A stretch of DNA of 64,000 nucleotides from Myxococcales bacterium. Lineage in GTDB: Bacteria > UBA10199 > 2-02-FULL-44-16 > JAAZCA01. The DNA lies in NCBI GenBank assembly GCA_012513515.1, contig JAAZCA010000029.1, forward strand, positions 105,812-169,811, given 5' to 3'. Positions 1 to 9,104 of this stretch are shown one piece after another. Numbering within the stretch: the first letter of the stretch is position 1; each line of letters starts with the position of its first letter. The translations under genes were made by a program, and so were the position numbers. The notes beneath the pieces were generated by a model. It was not told the origin of the DNA and did no database searches. It saw only the letters and a program-made list of their open reading frames with translations.

Positions 1-343
1 CCGAACCATCGAGGTATCCGCCCTTAAGGATCAAATTCGCATGATCCTTAGCGAAGGCCATTACTATCTTCGCCGGGCTCACCGGATCGGACTCGGAAGA
101 AATAAGCGCTGTGGGGCCGGTGAAATAGGTGGAAAGATTTTCCAGACCATGCGCCTTGAGAACCAGCTTCATCAATCTATTCTTCACAACCTTGAGAGAA
201 GATTTCTCTTTGCGGAGTTTGGAACGGAGCTCGTTGAGCTCGGAGACTTTCATCCCGCGGTAGTCCGTAAATATCATAGCCTTGGCGGCTTCCATGCGCT
301 TGGTAAGAGCGTCTATCTCTTTCACTTTCTGTTCACGTCTCAC
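1..343 (-). CDS. rplJ: 50S ribosomal protein L10, N-terminal part; the gene runs off the window edge
   Basis: Reverse-strand translation from the GTG at 341-343 gives VRREQKVKEIDALTKRMEAAKAMIFTDYRGMKVSELNELRSKLRK, typical of L10. AAGGAGGA sits 7 nt upstream. L10 is the expected neighbour upstream of rplA. The gene is absent from the ORF track. Confidence 0.7.
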   Translation of the reverse strand, partial: MRREQKVKEIDALTKRMEAAKAMIFTDYRGMKVSELNELRSKLRKEKSSLKVVKNRLMKLVLKAHGLENLSTYFTGPTALISSESDPVSPAKIVMAFAKDHANLILKGGYLDGS

Positions 344-378
344 AATATCCTCCTTGAGGCAAAAGCCTTAATTTTCAA

Positions 379-1068
379 TTAAAGAGAATTCACATCAACC
401 CGTAAACCAGGGGACATCGTCGATGAAATGGCCAACCCTAAAATATAGGTGCCCTTTGACGCCGGTGGTTTCGCCTTGTTTATGGAGTCGATTATGGCGA
501 GAATATTGTCCTTGAGTTTCTGCGCTCCAAAACTGCGTTTTCCTACGGGAGCGTGCACGATGGCAGCTTTGTCGATCCTGAATTCCACCTTGCCCGCCTT
601 CTGTTCAGCAACTGCCTTGGTCACATCCATAGTGACTGTGCCAAGCTTCGGGTTGGGCATGAGCCCTCTGGGTCCCAAGACCTTGCCCAGCTTGCCAACA
701 ACGCCCATCATATCCGGAGTCGCTATGACCTTGTCAAAATCCATAAAGCCGCCTTGGATCTTCTCAGCAAGATCATCGCCACCCACAACATCAGCGCCGG
801 CCTGCGTGGCCTCTGCGACTTTATCGCCCTTAGCAAAGACGGCGACCCTGACTTTTTTTCCGATCCCATGGGGAAGTCCGCATGAACCGCGAACGGTCTG
901 GTCGGTTTGCTTGGCATCGATGCCGAGTTTCACTGCGATATCGACCGTCTCGTCAAATTTGGCCTTGGCAAAGCTATCCAAAATAGCGAGAGCCTCTTCG
1001 AGCGTATACTTCTTGTTGGAATCCACTTTCTCTCGATTAGCCTTGTACTTTTTTCCTTGCCCCTTCAT
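379..1068 (-). CDS. rplA: 50S ribosomal protein L1
   Basis: 229 aa. Contains the L1 motifs [12 protein letters not shown] and [10 protein letters not shown]. Confidence 0.95.
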   Translation of the reverse strand: MKGQGKKYKANREKVDSNKKYTLEEALAILDSFAKAKFDETVDIAVKLGIDAKQTDQTVRGSCGLPHGIGKKVRVAVFAKGDKVAEATQAGADVVGGDDLAEKIQGGFMDFDKVIATPDMMGVVGKLGKVLGPRGLMPNPKLGTVTMDVTKAVAEQKAGKVEFRIDKAAIVHAPVGKRSFGAQKLKDNILAIIDSINKAKPPASKGTYILGLAISSTMSPGLRVDVNSL

Positions 1069-1128
1069 TTCGCACCTCCGTTGTGCCAGCGTGGGAACCG
1101 ACTATCGGGGCCCACTCCAACAGTGATA

Positions 1129-1554
1129 TCAACCAACAACCTCGATCCCCATGTTCAGCGCTGTGCCTTCTATGGTGCGCACGGCAGCCTCAAGGGTCTC
1201 ACAATTCAGATCGGGTAGTTTCGTTTTCGCAATCTCTTCTATCTGTTGTCTGGTCACCTTCCCAACCTTCTGCTTGTTGGGAACCCCAGAACCCTTCTCT
1301 ATTCCAGCCGCTTTTTTAAGAAGGACAGGGGCAGGGGGCGTCTTCAATATGAAAGAAAATGATCTGTCCTGATAGACGGTTATTATGACAGGGATTATCA
1401 GACCAGCCTGCTTCTGTGTCTTAGCGTTGAACTGTTTGCAAAACTCCATGATGTTCACGCCGTGCTGACCCAGCGCCGGGCCCACCGGAGGAGCCGGATT
1501 GGCCGCACCGGCCGGACATTGCAACTTTATCTGAGCCGTAACTTTCTTTGCCAT
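1129..1554 (-). CDS. rplK: 50S ribosomal protein L11
   Basis: [43 protein letters not shown] is a canonical L11 N-terminus. The start was taken at MAKKV, inside the longer ORF. Confidence 0.92.
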   Translation of the reverse strand: MAKKVTAQIKLQCPAGAANPAPPVGPALGQHGVNIMEFCKQFNAKTQKQAGLIIPVIITVYQDRSFSFILKTPPAPVLLKKAAGIEKGSGVPNKQKVGKVTRQQIEEIAKTKLPDLNCETLEAAVRTIEGTALNMGIEVVG

Positions 1555-1581
1555 GAGCACACCTCAAATCTCTCTTATGGT

Positions 1582-2127
1582 TTAGTTAACTTTTTCAACC
1601 TGCACAAAATCCAGCTCGATTGGAGTCGATCTGCCGAATATGCTGACAAGGACTCGAAGCTTGCCCTTGCCTTCGTGGACTTCGTCCACAATACCGGCGA
1701 ACGTGGCAAACGGTCCGCTCACGACCCTCACGTTTTCGCCTTTTTCAAACTCGATCTTAGGAGTCGGCTGCATCGTGCCGTCCTTGATTCGATTTGTAAT
1801 TCTATCGACCTCTTCATCCGGCACACTCGGAGGATTCAAAGAGCCTCCGACAAAACCGGTGATCTTCGGGGTGCCCTTGACTATATGCCAAGTCGTATCG
1901 TTGAGCTCCATCCTAACCAAGATGTACCCTGGAAAGAATTGCCTTTTGCTGTTTTTCTTAACGCCCTTCTTAACCTCAACCACATTTTCCTGAGGGACTA
2001 AAACTTCTTCAACAAGATGTTCAAGAGAGTGCTGCCTTATCCTCTCCTCAAGAGCCTTTTTTGCTTTCTGCTCATATCCTGAGTATGTGTGGACTACATA
2101 CCATTGTTTTGCCATCTTAAACTCCAA
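1582..2127 (-). CDS. nusG: transcription termination/antitermination factor NusG
   Basis: KQWYVVHTYSGYE NGN domain and a C-terminal KOW (VRVVSGPFATFAGIVDEV). The true start may be the internal MAKQW near 2115. Confidence 0.9.
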   Translation of the reverse strand: MEFKMAKQWYVVHTYSGYEQKAKKALEERIRQHSLEHLVEEVLVPQENVVEVKKGVKKNSKRQFFPGYILVRMELNDTTWHIVKGTPKITGFVGGSLNPPSVPDEEVDRITNRIKDGTMQPTPKIEFEKGENVRVVSGPFATFAGIVDEVHEGKGKLRVLVSIFGRSTPIELDFVQVEKVN

Positions 2128-2130
2128 TGA

Positions 2131-2505
2131 CTACTGATAGAATATCTTGACCAATGCGCCCCAAAGCATATCGAAACCGAAAAGTATCATGGCGCATATC
2201 ATGACGAGCACGGTCACAACTACGGTGGACAGGGCTGTTTCTTTTCTATTCGGCCAGACAACTCGAGACAATTCCGCTATCACCTCGCCGGTGAACTCGG
2301 TGACTTTCGAGTTCGTGTACATTATAATGAAGACAGCAGCGCCCGAAAGTACAGCCAGCATCTCGGAGGGAGAAAGCACCCATCCGGCAGGGGATGGAAG
2401 CTTGGCGACAACCCAGATGGACTCAAACAACTCCCTGAGAATCATCCAAGCTATCGCCCCGCAGGCTAAAAATATAAGACTGAGAATTTTTCTGTCACTC
2501 CGCAT
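2131..2505 (-). CDS. secE: preprotein translocase subunit SecE
   Basis: 124 aa membrane protein in the conserved position between tRNA-Trp/rpmG and nusG. Has three predicted TM helices. Confidence 0.8.
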   Translation of the reverse strand: MRSDRKILSLIFLACGAIAWMILRELFESIWVVAKLPSPAGWVLSPSEMLAVLSGAAVFIIMYTNSKVTEFTGEVIAELSRVVWPNRKETALSTVVVTVLVMICAMILFGFDMLWGALVKIFYQ

Positions 2506-2588
2506 CTAAACCTCTCTATCTGCCTCAAGTGTCGGGCAGAAAAACATTCCCAAACCGGCCGACTGATATAACTTGCATCGGCAACTTG

Positions 2589-2661
2589 CAGGGGAGACAG
2601 GAATCGAACCTGCAACCCCCGGTTTTGGAGACCGGTGCTCTGCCAATTGAGCTACTCCCCT
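2589..2661 (-). tRNA. tRNA-Trp (anticodon CCA)
   Basis: The reverse complement folds as a cloverleaf. Acceptor stem is AGGGGAG/CTCCCCT, anticodon loop CTCCAAA, T-loop GGTTCGATTCC. Closely matches E. coli tRNA-Trp. Confidence 0.9.
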
Positions 2662-2734
2662 TCAAAAGATTTGTAAAAGACCGGCAGAAAATACGTCCCG
2701 AAGCATCAGCCGCAAGACCTGACAAATCTTTTGC

Positions 2735-2884
2735 CTACTTCGTCTCCCTGTGAGGAGTGTGCTTTTTGCAAAATCTGCAATACTTTTTAAATTCCAGGCG
2801 ATCGGGCGTCTTCTGCTTGTTCTTCGTTGTAGAGTAGTTGCGCCTCTTACATTCCTGGCATGCTAGCTGAATGATAGTTCTCAT
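2735..2884 (-). CDS. rpmG: 50S ribosomal protein L33
   Basis: Reverse-strand ORF encodes [49 protein letters not shown] (49 aa). This is the Cys4 zinc-ribbon L33. Below the ORF-track size cutoff. Confidence 0.85.
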   Translation of the reverse strand: MRTIIQLACQECKRRNYSTTKNKQKTPDRLEFKKYCRFCKKHTPHRETK

Positions 2885-2899
2885 GTTTCATTTCCATTC

Positions 2900-2942
2900 T
2901 AAAAACTGCAGCGGGGCGCCGGGCATCAACCGGTACCCCGCC
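2900..2942 (-). terminator. putative rho-independent terminator downstream of tuf
   Basis: GC-rich hairpin, GCGGGGCGCCGGG...CCGGTACCCCGC, followed on the minus strand by a T run. Confidence 0.4.
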
Positions 2943-2955
2943 GATGTAAGTTTTG

Positions 2956-4161
2956 TTACTCTATTATTTCCGCGACCACTCCGGCACCGACTGTGCGTCC
3001 ACCCTCGCGAACTGCGAAGCGGAGCTCTTTCTCCATGGCGATCGGCGTAATGAGCTCTATCTCTGCCGTGACGTTATCGCCGGGCATGACCATCTCTACG
3101 CTTTCCGGGAGCTGAAGAACGCCGGTCACGTCGGTCGTCCTGAAGTAGAACTGTGGACGATACCCTTTAAAGAACGGGGTGTGTCTTCCACCCTCTTCCT
3201 TCGTGAGGACGTAGATCTCTGCTTTAAATTTTTTGTGCGGGGTGATTGAACCCGGCTTTGATATGACCTGGCCTCTTTCAACTTCGTCCCTCTTCGTTCC
3301 GCGGAGGAGGAGACCGACGTTGTCACCTGCCCTTCCTTCGTCGAGAATTTTCCTGAACATTTCGACGCCAGTGACGATCGTCTTCTGCGTGTCGCGCAAA
3401 CCGACGATTTCGATTTCTTCGCCAGTCTTGACCATACCTCTTTCGACCCTGCCGGTGACGACTGTTCCGCGCCCGGAGATGCTGAAGACATCTTCGATAG
3501 GCATGAGGAACGGCTTGTCGATGGCCCTCTGCGGTTCCGGAATATAGCTGTCGAGAGCAGCGAGGAGCTTCAAGATGGATTCAGAACCGGTCTCAGATGT
3601 GTCGCCTTTCAGGGCATTGATCGCGCTGCCGCGGATTATCGGAGTGTCATCCCCTGGAAAGTTGTACTTGGTAAGGAGTTCTCTGACTTCGAGTTCGACC
3701 AAGTCGAGGAGCTCCGGATCATCAACCACGTCCACCTTGTTGAGGAAGACGACGATATAAGGGACGCCGACCTGCCTGGCTAGGAGGATATGCTCGCGGG
3801 TCTGAGGCATCGGACCGTCCGCTGCGCTGACGACGAGAATCGCGCCGTCCATCTGCGCTGCACCGGTGATCATGTTCTTGACGTAATCAGCATGGCCTGG
3901 GCAATCGACGTGCGCATAGTGGCGGTTTTCACTCTGATACTCCACGTGCGATGTCGCGATCGTGAGAATCTTGGTATCGTCGCGGCGGCCCTGGGATTCA
4001 GATGCCTTTGCAACTTCGTCATACGGGACGTAGGTCGAAAGACCTTTGTCTGCGCAGACCTTCGTGATCGCGGCTGTAAGAGTCGTCTTGCCGTGATCGA
4101 TGTGACCAATCGTTCCTACGTTAACGTGCGGTTTAGTTCTCTCAAATTTCTCCTTCGACAT
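2956..4161 (-). CDS. tuf: elongation factor Tu
   Basis: 401 aa. [33 protein letters not shown], with the DCPGHADY and NKVD motifs. Confidence 0.98.
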   Translation of the reverse strand: MSKEKFERTKPHVNVGTIGHIDHGKTTLTAAITKVCADKGLSTYVPYDEVAKASESQGRRDDTKILTIATSHVEYQSENRHYAHVDCPGHADYVKNMITGAAQMDGAILVVSAADGPMPQTREHILLARQVGVPYIVVFLNKVDVVDDPELLDLVELEVRELLTKYNFPGDDTPIIRGSAINALKGDTSETGSESILKLLAALDSYIPEPQRAIDKPFLMPIEDVFSISGRGTVVTGRVERGMVKTGEEIEIVGLRDTQKTIVTGVEMFRKILDEGRAGDNVGLLLRGTKRDEVERGQVISKPGSITPHKKFKAEIYVLTKEEGGRHTPFFKGYRPQFYFRTTDVTGVLQLPESVEMVMPGDNVTAEIELITPIAMEKELRFAVREGGRTVGAGVVAEIIE

Positions 4162-4334
4162 ATTCCCTCCCGTATGAAGTATTTTTATCGTTTCAAAAAA
4201 ACAGATTCTATATCTGAACGATGTCTGCGCATCGATTGACTAGCTCAAGCCGAGAATCCACACCATCGAAAATTCCGGAACGAAGGATGTGAACCTCCAG
4301 GCGACCATTCGCCCGAGCTCGATCTCGAATCCTG

Positions 4335-4407
4335 AGCCGAGAGCGGGAATCGAACCCGCGACCTCATGCTTACCATGCATGTGCTCTACCGACTGAGCTA
4401 TCTCGGC
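4335..4407 (-). tRNA. tRNA-Thr (anticodon GGT)
   Basis: Reverse complement GCCGAGATAGCTCAGTCGGTAGAGCACATGCATGGTAAGCATGAGGTCGCGGGTTCGATTCCCGCTCTCGGCT. Anticodon loop is ATGGTAA. Confidence 0.88.
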
Positions 4408-4416
4408 AACTTGAGT

Positions 4417-4455
4417 GGGATGCGGGCTCCTAACCCGCGACCCTCAGCTTGCCCC
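4417..4455 (-). pseudogene. tRNA-Gly 3-prime-half remnant
   Basis: Reverse complement CAAGCTGAGGGTCGCGGGTTAGGAGCCCGCATCCCAC matches the intact tRNA-Gly from anticodon position 36 onward. The T-loop is degenerate (TTAGGAG) and the acceptor stem is imperfect. No 5-prime half is present. Confidence 0.55.
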
Positions 4456-4543
4456 GATTCGAGATGATTTTTCATTTTTAAAAAAAATCATCTGTCGAAC
4501 CGAGAATCCCGCCCAGCCTTTCACCCGCCATCGGAAGAATCGG

Positions 4544-4615
4544 AGCGGGAGACGGGTTTCGAACCCGCGACCCTCAGCTTGGAAGGCTGATGCTCTACCG
4601 CTGAGCTACTCCCGC
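4544..4615 (-). tRNA. tRNA-Gly (anticodon TCC)
   Basis: Reverse complement GCGGGAGTAGCTCAGCGGTAGAGCATCAGCCTTCCAAGCTGAGGGTCGCGGGTTCGAAACCCGTCTCCCGCT. Anticodon loop is CTTCCAA. Confidence 0.88.
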
Positions 4616-4677
4616 TCAGGTTCCTCCAACTTCGGGGTCCTCGACGCGACAGACATTTTTCATTCTGGAAACCGTGC

Positions 4678-4720
4678 CGCGTCGGGGGAAGGCTGACGTT
4701 CTACCGCTGAGCTACTCCCG
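4678..4720 (-). pseudogene. tRNA-Gly 5-prime-half remnant
   Basis: Reverse complement GCGGGAGTAGCTCAGCGGTAGAACGTCAGCCTTCC matches the intact tRNA-Gly from position 1 through the anticodon TCC, then diverges. No T-arm follows. Confidence 0.55.
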
Positions 4721-4801
4721 CGACAATTCTTCAAAGAAAAATTGTCTTCCCGTTTTTGTTCTTCATTTTCCCAAAGAACTGAAAAACGAACATGCAACAT
4801 G

Positions 4802-4884
4802 TGGAGAGGGGAGGATTCGAACCTCCGAAGGCTAATGCCGGCAGATTTACAGTCTGCTCCCTTTGACCGCTCGGGAACCCCTCC
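4802..4884 (-). tRNA. tRNA-Tyr (anticodon GTA), long variable arm
   Basis: Reverse complement GGAGGGGTTCCCGAGCGGTCAAAGGGAGCAGACTGTAAATCTGCCGGCATTAGCCTTCGGAGGTTCGAATCCTCCCCTCTCCA. Near-identical architecture to E. coli tyrT. Confidence 0.85.
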
Positions 4885-4896
4885 CCCGTGACTTTG

Positions 4897-4969
4897 AGCC
4901 GACGGCCGGACTTGAACCGGCGACCTGCTGATTACAAATCAGCAGCTCTACCAACTGAGCTACGTCGGC
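4897..4969 (-). tRNA. tRNA-Thr (anticodon TGT)
   Basis: Reverse complement GCCGACGTAGCTCAGTTGGTAGAGCTGCTGATTTGTAATCAGCAGGTCGCCGGTTCAAGTCCGGCCGTCGGCT. Confidence 0.88.
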
Positions 4970-5245
4970 AAAACCTCAAGCTCGCCGATTCCGCCGATAA
5001 AAACCGTTCGGAATTTTGATAAACCCGTCATAAAAAAGCCAAGACATAGATTAACAAAGAGCAAAACTCCAAATACAGATGCAGAAAAACATGAAACAAA
5101 CCCATCAAAAACGAATACAAAAATCCGTTTCCGATGCATCATCAAACGTATCACTGGAATCTTGCGAACAGCAAGCCGCCGCAAAAGTCGGGGCTTTCTA
5201 GGTGAGATCCCCAGTTTTGTCAAGGGGTTTTGCCCCTTTGGAACG

Positions 5246-6007
5246 CTATTTGCTAGGGCCCTCCAAGAGACGCTGTCTTGATATTTCTGACATTATTATA
5301 GCAGCAGCGGCAGAGGCGTTGAATGAGTCGATTTTCCCCCTCATGGGTATCGCAATCAGGTGGTCACAGCTCTCCCTGACCAGCCTCCTCATCCCTCTCC
5401 CCTCACTTCCCATAACAAATGCCAAGTTTTCACCTCTAAAATCAAGCGAGTATAGGTTTTGCCCCGCGTCCCCCTCGGCCCCGAATACCCAAAAACCTTT
5501 ATCCTTTAAATTTTTAATTTCCCTAACAAGATTAGTAACTTGTGCTATTTTAGAATGCTCAGTAGCCCCAGCCGATGCCTTGACCACGGAAGCAGTTACG
5601 GCCGCCGAATTGTCCTTGGGAATTATAACCCCGGAGAGACCGAGGAGATGCGCGCTCCTTACTATCGATCCAAGATTCTGGGGGTCGGTTATGCCATCGA
5701 GAATCGCTAACAATGAACAGCGATCGCTGACCTCCTCGCAGGCCAAGAGCTCGGAGATATCGACATAGGGATAGGGGCTAACCTTGGCTATGATCCCCTG
5801 ATGTTTTTTCCCTTCAGCCATGGAATCGATTTCATCACTTTGCGCAGTACGCAGCTTTATGTGGCTTCCAGATATAATCCCCTCAAGGCGCGTCAGAGAA
5901 GAATCTTTCTTCCCAGCGGCGATTATGACCTCGCGCACCTCCCTCCTCCCGGCTTTGATAAGTTCGCAGACGGGATTACATCCGTATATAATTTCATCCT
6001 TGCTCAT
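5246..6007 (-). CDS. rlmB: 23S rRNA (guanosine-2-prime-O)-methyltransferase, SpoU/TrmH family (RlmB-like)
   Basis: SpoU motifs LLAILDGITDPQNLGSIVRSA and AFVMGSEGRGM. Start taken at the internal MSKDEIIYG. Confidence 0.75.
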   Translation of the reverse strand: MSKDEIIYGCNPVCELIKAGRREVREVIIAAGKKDSSLTRLEGIISGSHIKLRTAQSDEIDSMAEGKKHQGIIAKVSPYPYVDISELLACEEVSDRCSLLAILDGITDPQNLGSIVRSAHLLGLSGVIIPKDNSAAVTASVVKASAGATEHSKIAQVTNLVREIKNLKDKGFWVFGAEGDAGQNLYSLDFRGENLAFVMGSEGRGMRRLVRESCDHLIAIPMRGKIDSFNASAAAAIIMSEISRQRLLEGPSK

Positions 6008-6083
6008 CGCCACGCTCTCCGGACCCAATAAAGAAATGGGGATCATGCAAAGATGACCCCCATTTTAAAATTCTCAAGCCACA

Positions 6084-8153
6084 CTATTTCTTTTCCTCTT
6101 TTTCCCTCTTAGCCTCATCGATCACCTTCTGCGCGATGTGCGACGGAACAACATCATAGTGCGAGAAGGACATCGAATAAGTTCCTGCGCCGCTGGTTAT
6201 CGATTTGAGACTGGCTGAATACTGATAGAGTTCGGCCATCGGCACCTTCGCCTTTATAATTCCGTTGTCCATCCCTGAAACGCGCCCGCGCCTCTGGCTG
6301 ATATCGCTCGACAGATCGCCCATATTTTCCTGCGGAGCATAGACCTCAAGATCCACCACCGGTTCGAGAAGTTGCGGCGCAGAATCCTGCATAGCGAGTT
6401 TGAAGGCAAGGGAACCGGCGATCTGGAAGGACATATCCGAGGAGTCGACATCGTGATAGGAGCCGTCGAAGACGGTCACCTTCAAATCTACCACCGGGTA
6501 ACCGGCCAGCACTCCCTTCTGCATAGACTCGCGAACACCCTTCTCGATGGCTGGGATGTATTTCCCAGGTATGGAACCACCGACGATCGCATCGACGAAT
6601 TCAAACCCTCCACCCGGAGGGAGGGGTTCGAGCTTAAGCCAGCAATCGCCGTATTGACCATGACCGCCGCTCTGCTTTTTGTGTTTGCCCTGCTTCTCGG
6701 ACTTCTTCGTAATTTTCTCCCTGTATGGAATATGTGGCTTCTGAATCTCCACATCGACCCCGTACCTCTCTTGTAATCTTTTGATCATCACATCGATCTG
6801 GACCTCCCCCATCCCGGTTACTATCGTCTCAGAAAATTCCTTGTCCACGTGATAGGTAAATGTGGGATCTATTTCGGTCAGCTTGGAAAGGCCGATGCCT
6901 AGCTTGTCCTGATCCTTCTTGCTTTTCGGCACAACCGCCAGAGGAACCACCGGAGTCGGGAATACCACCTGCCTCGCTGTCAGCGGATGAGCCTTCGATG
7001 TAAATGTGTCGTTGATGTGCGTATTCTTCAACTTGGCAACCGCCGCGATATCTCCGGCGCTGACAGAGGAGAGCTCTATCCTTTCTTTGCCGCGCATCGT
7101 TATAAGGTGACCCAGCCTCTCCCCGCTGGACTGGTTTACGTTAAAAACATCGTCACCGGCGTTGATCGAGCCTGAATAGACGCGGAAGAAGAATATATCT
7201 CCTATTCCTGGATCTGAAGTGGTTTTGAAGACATGAGCGACCAAGGGGCCCTTTGGATCGGCAGTGACATCCGTCTCGCTCTTGCCGTCCTTGTCCAAGA
7301 CCCTGATGGCTGGCATATCCGCAGGCGAAGGAAAATATTTTATTACGGCGTTGAGAAGAGCATCGACGCCGATGTTGTTGTAGCCGCTGGCGATAAATAT
7401 CGGGTTGAGGTTTCCGGAAGCGATACCCTTTGCACAACCGCGTATGATTTCCTCGTCGGACAACTCGCCCGATTCCAGATATTTTTCAAGAAGCGACTCA
7501 TCGTTCTCAGCTACAGCCTCGATAAGCACTGTTCTCTTCGATTTGGCCTCCTCGACCATGTCGGCGGGGATATCGGCCTCCTTCAAAGAACCTCCCTCAT
7601 TTATATAAGCCTTCATGCCGAGCAGATCCACCACGCCCTTGAATTGCGCCTTCCCGCCGATAGCAATCTGAAACTCCGGGGCGGAAGATTCGAGGTTCTC
7701 GCGAATCGAAGCAACCGCTGCGGCCACATCGGCATGTTCCCCGTCGGCCTTGTTGATGAGAAATGCCCGACCGCGGCCCGTCTCTTTCATGTAATTGTAG
7801 AGTCTGATCGCAGGAATTTCCACTCCACTTGACGCATCGACAACGAACAAGGATACATCGCACACGCTCATGGCGCCGACCGCCTCGCCTATGAAATCTG
7901 AGTAGCCTGGGGTATCGAGGAGATTTATTTTGAACTGCTTCCACTCAATCGGAGTGATCTTTGAAATTATGGTCTGGTGACGTTCAACTTCTATTGGATC
8001 GTAATCTATAACAGAGTTTCCTTCCACAACCCTTCCCATCCTACCTGTAGCGCCTGATGAAAAAAGCGCCGCTTCCACGAAAGAGGTCTTGCCAACCCCC
8101 TTCGCACCGATCAACGCGATATTTCTGATGTTCGAAGTCCCGTAAGTCTTCAC
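6084..8153 (-). CDS. elongation factor G family GTPase (EF-G paralog)
   Basis: 689 aa. G1 is GAKGVGKT, G3 is DTPGY, G4 is NKAD. It has EF-G domain II-V-like length. The switch-II His of DxxGH is Tyr here. Confidence 0.8.
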   Translation of the reverse strand: MKTYGTSNIRNIALIGAKGVGKTSFVEAALFSSGATGRMGRVVEGNSVIDYDPIEVERHQTIISKITPIEWKQFKINLLDTPGYSDFIGEAVGAMSVCDVSLFVVDASSGVEIPAIRLYNYMKETGRGRAFLINKADGEHADVAAAVASIRENLESSAPEFQIAIGGKAQFKGVVDLLGMKAYINEGGSLKEADIPADMVEEAKSKRTVLIEAVAENDESLLEKYLESGELSDEEIIRGCAKGIASGNLNPIFIASGYNNIGVDALLNAVIKYFPSPADMPAIRVLDKDGKSETDVTADPKGPLVAHVFKTTSDPGIGDIFFFRVYSGSINAGDDVFNVNQSSGERLGHLITMRGKERIELSSVSAGDIAAVAKLKNTHINDTFTSKAHPLTARQVVFPTPVVPLAVVPKSKKDQDKLGIGLSKLTEIDPTFTYHVDKEFSETIVTGMGEVQIDVMIKRLQERYGVDVEIQKPHIPYREKITKKSEKQGKHKKQSGGHGQYGDCWLKLEPLPPGGGFEFVDAIVGGSIPGKYIPAIEKGVRESMQKGVLAGYPVVDLKVTVFDGSYHDVDSSDMSFQIAGSLAFKLAMQDSAPQLLEPVVDLEVYAPQENMGDLSSDISQRRGRVSGMDNGIIKAKVPMAELYQYSASLKSITSGAGTYSMSFSHYDVVPSHIAQKVIDEAKREKEEKK

Positions 8154-8287
8154 CGTCTCCTCCTTTTAGCCAGAGCGGCCATGGAAAAAAGATAGAACAG
8201 AATCTTCAAAGGCTGAGTTCTTTAGCCATCATAGGATGCAAAAGCAACCCTGAAATTATGCTGCTGCAGCTTATCTTCTTTTTTTGC

Positions 8288-8334
8288 GAAGAAATAAAAA
8301 AGGACAGGGGAGCCATCTCACGACGGTTCCCCTG
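8288..8334 (-). terminator. rho-independent terminator of the 8372..8713 gene
   Basis: Hairpin CAGGGGAGCC...GGTTCCCCTG, followed on the minus strand by TTTTTTTATTT. Confidence 0.55.
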
Positions 8335-8371
8335 CTTAAGAAAGGAGGGTTAGGGATCTTGTTTTCTATTT

Positions 8372-8713
8372 TCACACGTTATAATGCGTGATCGTGCTCT
8401 GTTTCTGTCTCAGGAGGTCCGCCTCAAAGTCCGCCAGCGCATAGGGGTCGTGCCTCTCAAGGGAAGTACGAGCCTCCATGTACTGCACCCTGCAATCCTC
8501 CATAAAATCCAGCAACTCTTCGCGCCTTTCACGGGAGCTGGTATCATCATATTCTATGCGGGCGTATTCATGGTTGATCGAGCTGGTCGCCATCTTAAGC
8601 TGCATCTCAAGGATGGTTCCCTGGGTTGAGCCTTCCTCGATCTCTACATCCTCGGGGATCAACGCAACCCGTTTTTCCAGCATCTGATTTTCCATCTTCT
8701 CTCGCCTCGCCAT
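8372..8713 (-). CDS. hypothetical acidic protein (113 aa)
   Basis: AGGAGG RBS 6 nt before the ATG and its own terminator. No recognisable motifs. Confidence 0.5.
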   Translation of the reverse strand: MARREKMENQMLEKRVALIPEDVEIEEGSTQGTILEMQLKMATSSINHEYARIEYDDTSSRERREELLDFMEDCRVQYMEARTSLERHDPYALADFEADLLRQKQSTITHYNV

Positions 8714-8840
8714 AACCCCTCCTGTATTTCGCCTTCGGCAAGGTAGAATGCACTTATGATGCCAAGTCGGATATTGACTATAACTATTTGAATTATAAGA
8801 CTTTAATGGCTTTGAAGATCATTGGATAGGAGGAATTCAG

Positions 8841-8954
8841 ATGTTCTCAAGCCCCTATTTTGGGGTGTTAAAACCCCATTTTAGAAGCAGAGTAATTTAC
8901 GGAAGTTTAAAAAAAGAAAGGGAGCGAGGATTCTTTAACTCTTTAAGGAACCTC
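8841..8954 (+). CDS. possible small ORF (37 aa, MFSSPYFGVLKPHFRSRVIYGSLKKERERGFFNSLRNL)
   Basis: TAGGAGGAATTCAG precedes the ATG (strong SD). Lies in a 486 nt intergenic region and is below the track cutoff. Confidence 0.2.
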
Positions 8955-8971
8955 TGAAAAGCTAGCTGCAA

Positions 8972-9050
8972 CAATAACTTCGACCATGAACAATTGACCA
9001 TCGACCAAAACCACCGATCGCAGCTGTTCAATGGTCAATGGTCCATTGTC
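8972..9050. repeat. dispersed palindromic repeat, copy 1
   Basis: GACCATGAACAATTGACCATCGACCAAAACCACCGATCGCAGCTG...ATGGTCCATTGTC, with imperfect 13 bp terminal inverted repeats. Two more copies are at 32380 and 53105. Confidence 0.7.
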
Positions 9051-9104
9051 GCTGATCTTTGATCAGCCTTTTGTAAGATTAGCTTATATCCGCAAATAAT
9101 CGTT

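Noticed and set aside
41-382. Plus-strand 113-aa ORF at the window start
   Set aside because: The opposite strand encodes a clean L10 (rplJ) N-terminus with a GTG start and strong RBS. The plus-strand ORF is its antisense shadow.
449-1319. Several plus-strand ORFs (449..1126, 553..885, 907..1218, 1083..1319) overlapping rplA and rplK
   Set aside because: They are antisense to highly conserved ribosomal protein genes, and their translations have no protein-like composition.
4335-4969. Integrated genomic island at the tRNA cluster
   Set aside because: The half-tRNA fragments point to past integration, but there is no integrase, no cargo and less than 100 nt between fragments. Only a scar remains.
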